Part shown: in pieces, positions 8,101 through 15,134 of the stretch | Numbering within the stretch: position 1 is the first letter of the stretch | Layout of the letters: the number at the start of each line of letters is the position of its first letter | NCBI GenBank assembly: GCA_964354115.1 | Contig: CAYGYP010000001.1 | Location: 1 to 30,737, forward strand | Length of the DNA: 30,737 nucleotides | Source of the DNA: an uncultured Candidatus Bathyarchaeia archaeon | Lineage (GTDB): Archaea > Thermoproteota > Bathyarchaeia > Bathyarchaeales > Bathycorpusculaceae | Reading direction: 5' to 3' | The notes under the pieces: generated by a model | Database searches by the model: none | Seen by the model: the letters and a program-made list of their open reading frames with translations, nothing else | What the model was told of the DNA's origin: nothing | Position numbers and translations under genes: made by a program

Positions 8101-9639
8101 TCTTAAGTTCTCAATGTTTGCAGCAAATTCCGAATAATAATCAAGGGGAGAATTCCAATTGTGGAACGAAGCGTAACAGGTATGCATGACGACGTTGGGA
8201 ATCGTGTTCACTGAAAAGACATCAGTCTCATGAATGAATGGTACAGGCAAATACGGATCGCCAGGAACAGTTGCGTAGGTTCCATAGGTCATTAGAAAAC
8301 TCAAATTCCCCTCAACTGTAAAGGTTCTGCCATACTTGCTTTCCCAAACGGTGTTCAAATTTTGGAGAGTGTCGAGGATAAAGAAACTCTGCAGGTTGCT
8401 TAACACGGTGTCCATTGACATCCCTCGCCAGTCTTTGTCATAAAAGTGAGTCCTGTAGAACAACCCCAAGGAATTGATCTCTGTTGATAAGTCAATGCCA
8501 ACAGCAATCTTCAGGGTCTCAGCGATAAATCGGATCGAATCATGCGGGTTAGCATAGGCCTCAGAATAGTGCGTTGTTCCTATAGATTGTTCATACGCTG
8601 CAGACAACTTCATGATGAAGTCTCTGGCTCCGGCAAGGTTTTGGCCATGACCAGAAAAGGCCACGAAGACAATTGTCTGTTTAGATGGGTTCTCATCGAA
8701 GAATTTTACCAGTTCCAGCAAAGTCGATATGCCAGCAGCCTCGTTGGCTCCATAGGCCAGGCTGGGAACCACTGAAATGGAGTCGTAATAAGCGTTGATT
8801 AGTATTGTGCTATTTCTATACTCCGATCCATATTTGAAACCGATGATGTTTTTTCCTAGAAGATTCTCATATTTCATGCTTGACTTAAGTTGAACTTTGG
8901 CTTCTGGGTCGTTCGTGATCAAGTCCCAGAGAGGTTCGATGTCTTCAGTCTTTACGTAGACTCTGGGGAAATTTAGAGGGACGCTGCTCAGATATTTTTG
9001 TTCCGCCTCCTCCGTCGTCGTCATCACTGACTCAATGAAAATGACTGCTTTCGCGCCAAGTGACACTGCCTTCAGCCAATTGTCTCGGCTGTTAAAATCC
9101 ATTAACACGATGTTGCCGTTAACGTTTTTTCCGTCAAAGTCGACATCGTTTCCGCAACCCACGTAGATAATGCTACCCTCCACACCCTCTATTGGAGTGG
9201 GCGACGTGTTTACTGAATTTGGGTACATCGGGTAAGCTTCTACTTCGCTACCACCTGGAAGGACGATCTTGGCGCCAAAATCGACTGGCACAGTAACGTT
9301 GAAGCTGTCAACATTCACATCGGAAAGGTATTGTCTAAAATATTCCTCTATGTAATTCGCAGCTGCATTACATCCGGGATATCCAGTAACTCGCGAATTT
9401 AAACTGGAAAAAAATTGGACATGCTGATCTATCGCTGTCAAATTCACGAGATCTAATATCTGGTCATACGAAAGAGTGCCGTTTTCGTTAATGTCGTTTG
9501 ATGAAAGTATTGAAGAGGATACGTTATGAACGCCATTAATCTGGAAGATTAATGAGGCGAACAACAAAACCGCAATGAAGAGGACAATCGTCTTTCGCGT
9601 CAACGGCGCTCTTCCTCTTAGTCTGTCCGCGTCATTCAT
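5113..9639 (-). CDS. Large membrane protein: N-terminal anchor, PA domain, degenerate M28 peptidase-like ectodomain, carboxypeptidase-regulatory-like beta domain and MacB/FtsX-type permease, 1508 aa
   Basis: TM at about aa 17-36; IDQHVQFFSSLNSRVTGYPG (M28 N-terminal helix with R.TG..G); PA-like GSIIYVGCG..GNIVLMD..AVSLGAKAVIF; M28-like NAYYDS, GANEAAG, FVAFSGHGQ..AGA, VGIDLS; VPNALVYV..ADENGVFVVPG. FtsX signatures are RRLRTILTFFSLVI and VYERKRDMATLSTLGLNPTQISTIFLVEAIVYG. Roughly 8 hydrophobic segments by eye; RBS GAGGAAAGG before the ATG. Confidence 0.8.
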   Translation of the reverse strand: MNDADRLRGRAPLTRKTIVLFIAVLLFASLIFQINGVHNVSSSILSSNDINENGTLSYDQILDLVNLTAIDQHVQFFSSLNSRVTGYPGCNAAANYIEEYFRQYLSDVNVDSFNVTVPVDFGAKIVLPGGSEVEAYPMYPNSVNTSPTPIEGVEGSIIYVGCGNDVDFDGKNVNGNIVLMDFNSRDNWLKAVSLGAKAVIFIESVMTTTEEAEQKYLSSVPLNFPRVYVKTEDIEPLWDLITNDPEAKVQLKSSMKYENLLGKNIIGFKYGSEYRNSTILINAYYDSISVVPSLAYGANEAAGISTLLELVKFFDENPSKQTIVFVAFSGHGQNLAGARDFIMKLSAAYEQSIGTTHYSEAYANPHDSIRFIAETLKIAVGIDLSTEINSLGLFYRTHFYDKDWRGMSMDTVLSNLQSFFILDTLQNLNTVWESKYGRTFTVEGNLSFLMTYGTYATVPGDPYLPVPFIHETDVFSVNTIPNVVMHTCYASFHNWNSPLDYYSEFAANIENLRPQLEYIFCSLYSLSLEPIIQEARTTFENGMQLGALVGEIAEYDINTGGYKPVPNALVYVNFVGLLQYRSWAIVKADENGVFVVPGIKALSPVSVEAYVVEDEGNIVYATDLGMYGAGTFSTSEIMPNVQLGTLSFPRQFIVFECGSLVVYDCVGPQHLFSIQQVESALIASGQSSVSEERQIKVEIFNSVGDVEPNHYGYCVENRVAMIFAKEGISVKVSFYEKDNFLGVILNASETNPKGAGYRVSTGSSLGITLLQSAEDLFWLNEDRLSVTRQYNLYTGSEIFHKDAREALEKAFDAIDAKNYSQAISASLEAWGLEKRVYGMTKGILQDVAYTTVSYFVMLLPFAFIFEKILFSFRSPRNKVIVMVTTFTVLATALYFFHPGLHIAYSVYFILIGFVMVVLISPIYFFLGSILKDAANKLKRMTHSELVEQMSTSNFIGAVFSYSILQMKKRRLRTILTFFSLVIIVVSLIAFTTIVPSPGARATTRAASPPYTGMYMRDYTYKSLDPEFIQFINDKTIGISVFAPRVWWYPKDMGTGEPIYSEDLSKRYYINGILGVESADLEIFSILTEGRQFEEDDYLSCIIPDQMANSLEVGIGDTVICLGNPLKIVGIFDSNQANSKNEMDGWGIMPYNPQKGEAGRIPGGSVLILPLDLSLNVGGKFFTISIFFNEKTSQVMPDIAIDLTNAFNIVIFTGIESASETEFYSYLGSISVSGFQFILLPYIIGVLIVLNTMIANVYERKRDMATLSTLGLNPTQISTIFLVEAIVYGFMSSVIAYAIGTVSINLMSTFGFFPSDFPLNYTSTYVFVVLISSPLITITSTLYPLLMASKLVTPSLSRKWKLTTEAQGDLWEIPIPLATEDEKDARGILMFMKDFMEKNISSEIVGDFLLRRQVTCEDVSLNGMPAKVFSSSAQIKPFPKGIHIDVRLIMALTEDDKWHLSISITRTSGELNHWKKAVPMFVDILRKRAFEWRVLNPKTRQDYINKPYK

Positions 9640-9815
9640 AACCTTTCCTCATTTTGCTAATGTATCATAATATGGGAAGGTATATAAATTATGGTAATAC
9701 TTCCATAAAAAGGTAATTTGTATAATGAATATACTTATTTACTTTCTTTTTCCAAATTACCTCTGAAGTTAAAATTTAAATATCCAACTGTCTCCTAATA
9801 ATGGAATGAAATAAA

Positions 9816-11669
9816 TTGGCTCAAACTGATTTCAAAGAAGGCTTCACGGTCAAGTCGCTTCTGGGCATCCTTTATTCAATTCTAATTTTCACGCCTGCGA
9901 TGATTTTCACAAGTTTAGTTTCTGGATCGACTGTTCTCTTCGCTGGTTATGTTGTAATGTTATTGTTCGTGGAGCTAGGGCATTATGCTGGTTCGCCTTT
10001 GAAAAAGCAGGAGCTTACGACGATTTTCATTATTTCGGGGGTGACGGGTCCCTTTCTGTTGCTGTTGCAGGCTCTTTACTTCCGATCTCTTTCGCCCATT
10101 ACTTCATCGTTCACTTGGAATGGGGTGGTTCTCCCACAGGTAATTCCGGACTTCTTTTCTCCAGGACCATCTTCTCTTTCCATTATTAACAGGACGTTCT
10201 TTAATCCCGACTGGATAGCGTCCATCATCGTAGTCGTCCTTTCGAACCTTTTCGCCGTTGGTATGAGTATCCCTTTGGGCATGCTCAATTACCAGATATA
10301 TGTTGTTGAGGAGAAACTGGCATTTCCGAGAGAGATTATCGCTGCGGAAACTATTACGACACTGTCGGATAGAAAGCCGGACAAACTCCTTTTGTTCAGT
10401 TTGTGCGCTCTGATAAGTAGTGGATACAATGTTTTCTGCTATCTACTACCTTTCGCTACCAACGGCGGCATTGTACCTATTTCGATGCCGTGGATTGATG
10501 GAAACCTGACGATTGAAAAATTTTTACAGGGCGCATCTTTTGGTATCGGTACTGATTTAATTTATCTTGCATTAGGGTTGATGCTTCCTCTCAAGATGGT
10601 TGTGTCGGTTTTCATTGGTTCCTTCGCTTTGTATTTCGTCGGAAACCCCCTGCTGGTGCGTTTTGACATTTTCAAGGAATGGAGATATGGGATGGATCTT
10701 TCCACAGTGTTCCAAAGGTCCACTCTCTCGTTCTGGGCTTTTCTTCAGATCGGTTTGACAGCTGCAGCTGCGATAACACCCTTGTTGATACATCCCAGCT
10801 TGATCACTAAGCCGATTAAAAGCCTCCTAAGGATTACGGACGCGTCTAAAAAGAAAGGCATTCTTTCACTCCATTCGACGTTAATACTGTATTTTGCTTT
10901 TGCCTTTGCTTACCTTGCTCTATGGGGGTACATTGTTCCAGATTTCCCCCTCACAATCTCAATAATTCTTGTAGTCGTCTGGCCACTCATAGGTTCTCTC
11001 ATCGCCAATAGAGGTTTGGGCGAATCTGGAATGATCATTTCTGTTCCCTACGTCAACGAAGTTGCATTCACGCTTAATGGTGTCCAAAACATCAATACGT
11101 GGTTCGTCCCCACTATTGGACAACCCTTGGGGGTCGATTGGTGCGCAAACTTCAAGATCTGCGATATGACGGAGACAAAGTTTTCCAGTATATTAAAGGC
11201 CTTTGTCATCGCCTTGCCCATTGCGTGGATAGCGAATTTCTTTTTCGTTCAGGCGTTCTGGTCCTTGGCACCTATCCCGTCCAGCATTTATCCTGCGGTG
11301 GACATTTACTGGCAAATTAACGTTCTCAACCGTTGTCTGTGGATATCGGGCAGTGTCTCGACCCAAACCACTCTCATCATGGGATCATTTATTATTGGAA
11401 TGGCACTTTCAGCAGCCTCAATTATGCTTAATCTTCCTATTTCGATGATGGGTATAGCGATCGGGTCTTTGAATCCTCTTCCAGTCTGCTTGACTTTTCT
11501 TATAGGTGGAATTGTGGGTTGGTTTGTTGCCAGAAGAAGAGGTAAAGAATGGTGGGGTCAAAATCAAGCAGTAATTGTTGGTGGTCTCATGGTAGGCGAA
11601 GCAACCACCATCGCGGTGTCAGTGGCATTAGGAATGATCGTGAAATCTGCATGGGTTTCACCATTCTAG
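9816..11669 (+). CDS. Polytopic membrane protein, OPT (oligopeptide transporter) superfamily-like, 617 aa
   Basis: Almost entirely hydrophobic helices; EG.T.KSLLG N-terminus, EEKLAFP motif, GL..P..V.S.FIGS, and a C-terminal GGLMVGE resembling OPT-family ..G.I.GE. TTG start. Confidence 0.65.
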   Translation: MAQTDFKEGFTVKSLLGILYSILIFTPAMIFTSLVSGSTVLFAGYVVMLLFVELGHYAGSPLKKQELTTIFIISGVTGPFLLLLQALYFRSLSPITSSFTWNGVVLPQVIPDFFSPGPSSLSIINRTFFNPDWIASIIVVVLSNLFAVGMSIPLGMLNYQIYVVEEKLAFPREIIAAETITTLSDRKPDKLLLFSLCALISSGYNVFCYLLPFATNGGIVPISMPWIDGNLTIEKFLQGASFGIGTDLIYLALGLMLPLKMVVSVFIGSFALYFVGNPLLVRFDIFKEWRYGMDLSTVFQRSTLSFWAFLQIGLTAAAAITPLLIHPSLITKPIKSLLRITDASKKKGILSLHSTLILYFAFAFAYLALWGYIVPDFPLTISIILVVVWPLIGSLIANRGLGESGMIISVPYVNEVAFTLNGVQNINTWFVPTIGQPLGVDWCANFKICDMTETKFSSILKAFVIALPIAWIANFFFVQAFWSLAPIPSSIYPAVDIYWQINVLNRCLWISGSVSTQTTLIMGSFIIGMALSAASIMLNLPISMMGIAIGSLNPLPVCLTFLIGGIVGWFVARRRGKEWWGQNQAVIVGGLMVGEATTIAVSVALGMIVKSAWVSPF

Positions 11670-11881
11670 AAACTTGATGGTTCAGAAGTGAGTAATTCAC
11701 GTCTTTAAAAACGTGGATTATCTCTTCCCACAAAATGCGTCATTTTAGAAAGGGGCATGAACCTAATTATTATGATTCATGATAGGAATTATCATAATAT
11801 AAACTAAAAAAACTTCTCTTCACGCCTTTATTGATTTTCTACATGGTTGAAAAAAACTACAGGTTTGTCAAAAAAATAGAG

Positions 11882-12811
11882 TTATGGGTTTCTTTTGGAG
11901 GCATTGTGCCATACCTTCCAGAAGGTATTCACGTAATTTGTGCACATCATTCTGTTGTATTTACACCAGAATCCGAATCTTACTTTTTTGCCCTCGCCGT
12001 ATTCATATCTATTCACTTCCATGAGGTGTTCCGAATCAAAAACATCTATGTTTTGAATGCCATTCCGCATCAAAACTTCGTTGTCGACGACTTTGACTTC
12101 GGCTCCCAGTTCTTCGTACCCTCGTATTCTGTGTTGGGGAGTTTTTGTGGAGAACAGGTAGTAAAGCTTGACTCCTTGAGCGATGGCGTATTCAAAGGTG
12201 TAAATTATTTCAGGGAACTCGTCATGAGTCTGTGTTACTTGGGTTGTACCTATGATCTCGTTTTCAGTCAGCCTAATCATTTGAATTAATAATCTACGGT
12301 ACTCCTCGTTGGTCGAAAATACTCCGGATACGGATTTCTTCAGTTTACTCGGATCTGTCTTGTAGACAACATCATTTTTGTAATTGTCCAGCTTAGGCAA
12401 AACGTCGTATAGAGCTGTGAGCAGGGAATATGGATAAGACATGTTCGGTATAGGATTCGACTCTCGGTTGAAGAAGTATATTTTTGGATATCCTTCTAAG
12501 ACTTGTATGAAGCCTTTCTCATTAAGCTGGTTAAGAATGCTCCAGACTTTAACACCAACATTGAGTCCTCTATCGTTCTTAACGCCTATCTTTTTTATTT
12601 CATCAAGTATGTTACTGGCTGTGTTTCCTATTTGGCCTGCCACGAGCTCTCGGGAGAGTAACGCTTTTAGAACCATTTTTTCTCGATTTGAAAGTGAGAT
12701 TAAATCAATTGCTTTATAGATTTCGCCGATTTCATTTGATTTTATGAATTCAATAACCTTTTTTTTGGATATCTCTGAATTAAATAAGAAGGAACTACTG
12801 TTCTTCTTCAT
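11882..12811 (-). CDS. TrmB-like transcriptional regulator (winged HTH plus PLD-like effector domain), 309 aa
   Basis: LSNREKMVLKALL...VWSILNQLNEKGFIQVLEGYPKIYF matches the TrmB wHTH pattern (L...E.KV..ALL...VY..L..L..KG.V....G.P..Y). The C-terminal LIQMIRLTENEII..AIAQGVKLYYL..GAEVKV..IDVFDSEH resembles the TrmB effector domain. RBS GAGGT. Confidence 0.65.
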   Translation of the reverse strand: MKKNSSSFLFNSEISKKKVIEFIKSNEIGEIYKAIDLISLSNREKMVLKALLSRELVAGQIGNTASNILDEIKKIGVKNDRGLNVGVKVWSILNQLNEKGFIQVLEGYPKIYFFNRESNPIPNMSYPYSLLTALYDVLPKLDNYKNDVVYKTDPSKLKKSVSGVFSTNEEYRRLLIQMIRLTENEIIGTTQVTQTHDEFPEIIYTFEYAIAQGVKLYYLFSTKTPQHRIRGYEELGAEVKVVDNEVLMRNGIQNIDVFDSEHLMEVNRYEYGEGKKVRFGFWCKYNRMMCTNYVNTFWKVWHNASKRNP

Positions 12812-12955
12812 TTACCTCATCACTCGCTTGCTTCATTTTTTTATGATAATATATATAAATTTTGGTAAAACTTCCTTTTAATGTTAGTATCTCCATAATC
12901 AATATATATGTTTTACCATGATATGTTTTGCCAGTAATAAAAATGAGGGAAAAAA

Positions 12956-14950
12956 ATGACAACAGACGATATGAAAAAAAAGACAAACGATCAATTTCCT
13001 TTGAAAGGCTTAATCCTAGGGCTAATATTCGCATCAATAACATTGCTGATGACAACCATACAAGGTCCGGGTGGTCTAAGACTGTACGATTGGGAATCTC
13101 CACTTTGGTCAGGAGCATTGACCTTCACATATGCGATGGCTTTCATTTTCCCTATCGTCGTGATACACCTAATGATAACCAAAGGCAAGTTCTCCCTTAG
13201 TTCCACAGATCTCACAGTGATGTGGATTCTGATTGGTACAGCTATTCCTTTAGGGTGGGTACTCATGCGACCAAGCCAGATGGCATTGGTTTTCTGGACT
13301 GGCGAACTAAATCCAGATATGCTTTCAGTCATACCTGAATTCATGAGAATTCCTAAGGGAGTTCTTGACGAAATCTACACACCTGGTGGAGTTCCATGGG
13401 CAAGTTGGGCTCCTGTTGCTTTCTTCAATTGGCTTCTGGTCGTTGCTTGGCAGCTATGTATGTTTTTTGTGGTCGTCTTCTTCCAAGAGCAGTGGGTCGA
13501 AAAAGAACACTTACCATTCCCCCTAGCAACACCTGGAGTGAAAATGATTGAATACGCCACAAAAGCTGACAAAAAAGAAAATGGTGCTATGAACATCTTT
13601 AAGGAAAAGTTACTCTGGATAGGATTCTTAATTGCATTCCTGCTATATTTCCTCGACATCATTCACATGTTCATACCATCGATAACTTCCTTCGCCAATC
13701 TCTACTGGAACGTAGGTTCATGGTATGGAGGAACGAATGTTAATGGACTATTACGACTAGAGTTGCCTCCGACATTATTGGTTCTCAATCTCTTAATGCC
13801 AACAGATGTTCTACTGACAGCATGGGTCTGGAATCTCATTGCATGGACTATTTATCCCAGCATCCTGATCAACAATGGAATTATACCCAATGTCCTAGCT
13901 GGTGGCGAAGGTGCTGCGCGAGACGCTCTGATATATTGGGTCGGTTCGACTCGTTTGGCGTTAAAAGGCGAAATGGTTCTAATGTCTGTAGCAATCTTCA
14001 CTTTCATACTAAACTACAAATACATCGCTGGAAAAATTAAGCAGGCTTTCTCGGGTTCAGTAAAAGAATCCTTCATTTCACCAAGGATATCAATCATCGG
14101 TACAATCGTATGCGCACTTATCGTGCTGAGCATGTACTTTGTCATTGGCATAGAAGCTTGGGTCGCCATTGTTTCTATTGCTTACTCTTTCCTTGCTCAA
14201 ATCGGATATTCACGAATGAGGACTGAGTACTGGCAAGTCGGAGGAACGATGTCCACATGGATATCATGCAACATTGGAGCTCAGATATGTTGGGGAGGAG
14301 AGGCAGTCCAGCAACCATGGTTCTATCATACAGCCACAGGCGCATGGATAAACAATCTCAATTGGACCACACACCCTGACGCAATGGGTCTCCAACACAC
14401 AGCACTTGATGGATTCGCTATCGCAGATCGTGTGGGAGCGAACAAGAAACATATAGCCTTCGCATGGATAATTGGGGCACTCTTACTACCTGCCCTTGCC
14501 ATAGTTTACAGGCTTGGAATGGCCTACGGTTACCAACAGGGATTAAACTTCCCATTTGACAACACTACTTATGGACACGGAGCCTATGTTTGGGGAGGAG
14601 GCGTAATGCCCTTCTGGACTACCACCCAAGATGCCGTAGTTGACGTAAGCTTTGGCCTTGTAGTCGCTGGTGTAATGATGTTCATGAAGGCTAACTTCGC
14701 ATGGTTCCCATTCAACGTACTGGGCATGATAATCGGAGGCGAAATGAATCCGTGGTGGATGTTGCTGTCGTTCATTTCAGCATGGCTGGTGAAGACTCTG
14801 ATACTTAGGTTCGCTGGCGTACGTTTCTTTGAAAACAAGATAATACCGTTCGTCGTCGGATGGATCGCAGGCTGGGTAGTCTGTAAACTACTAATAATGT
14901 TCCCACTTGCCTACTTTGTCATAGGAATCGGGAATATGCCAGCGGCATAG
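12956..14950 (+). CDS. Polytopic membrane protein, OPT-superfamily-related (DUF6785/DUF6784-like), 664 aa
   Basis: Highly hydrophobic; PW..WAP..F.W, F.EQW.EKEHLPFPLA, and a C-terminal WFPFNVLG...SFISAWLVKTLILRFAG.....P..VGWIAG, which I recall from DUF6785/6784 proteins (unverified). RBS GAGGG. Confidence 0.6.
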   Translation: MTTDDMKKKTNDQFPLKGLILGLIFASITLLMTTIQGPGGLRLYDWESPLWSGALTFTYAMAFIFPIVVIHLMITKGKFSLSSTDLTVMWILIGTAIPLGWVLMRPSQMALVFWTGELNPDMLSVIPEFMRIPKGVLDEIYTPGGVPWASWAPVAFFNWLLVVAWQLCMFFVVVFFQEQWVEKEHLPFPLATPGVKMIEYATKADKKENGAMNIFKEKLLWIGFLIAFLLYFLDIIHMFIPSITSFANLYWNVGSWYGGTNVNGLLRLELPPTLLVLNLLMPTDVLLTAWVWNLIAWTIYPSILINNGIIPNVLAGGEGAARDALIYWVGSTRLALKGEMVLMSVAIFTFILNYKYIAGKIKQAFSGSVKESFISPRISIIGTIVCALIVLSMYFVIGIEAWVAIVSIAYSFLAQIGYSRMRTEYWQVGGTMSTWISCNIGAQICWGGEAVQQPWFYHTATGAWINNLNWTTHPDAMGLQHTALDGFAIADRVGANKKHIAFAWIIGALLLPALAIVYRLGMAYGYQQGLNFPFDNTTYGHGAYVWGGGVMPFWTTTQDAVVDVSFGLVVAGVMMFMKANFAWFPFNVLGMIIGGEMNPWWMLLSFISAWLVKTLILRFAGVRFFENKIIPFVVGWIAGWVVCKLLIMFPLAYFVIGIGNMPAA

Positions 14951-14970
14951 ACCCTTCCCCTTCCTTTTTT
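14951..14970 (+). terminator. Putative pyrimidine/T-tract terminator
   Basis: ACCCTTCCCCTTCCTTTTTT immediately after the stop codon at 14950. Confidence 0.4.
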
Positions 14971-15134
14971 AAAGCCAAAAACATTGTAAGTTCAATTCTT
15001 GATTTTCCATTCAGAACGCTTTTTTTAAAACATCAATATAGTTTATTTATTTTACGTTCGGTCTATTGTTACTTTTCACCCATTATACTTATTCTTATGA
15101 AAATTCTAACTATCCTTTGTAGGGCGTGTTTGAA

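Noticed and set aside
8100-9450. Calling the domain an active M28 aminopeptidase
   Set aside because: Most metal ligands and the catalytic Glu are substituted.
11779-11796. Match to the Thermococcales glycolytic motif TATCAC-N5-GTGATA bound by TrmBL1/Tgr
   Set aside because: The site reads ATGATA-N5-TATCAT, with reversed half-site orientation and different bases, so it is not a TGM.
11831-12289. 152-aa plus-strand ORF overlapping the regulator
   Set aside because: Mostly antisense to the TrmB-like gene with no family features; only the upstream promoter-like signal is kept as a finding.
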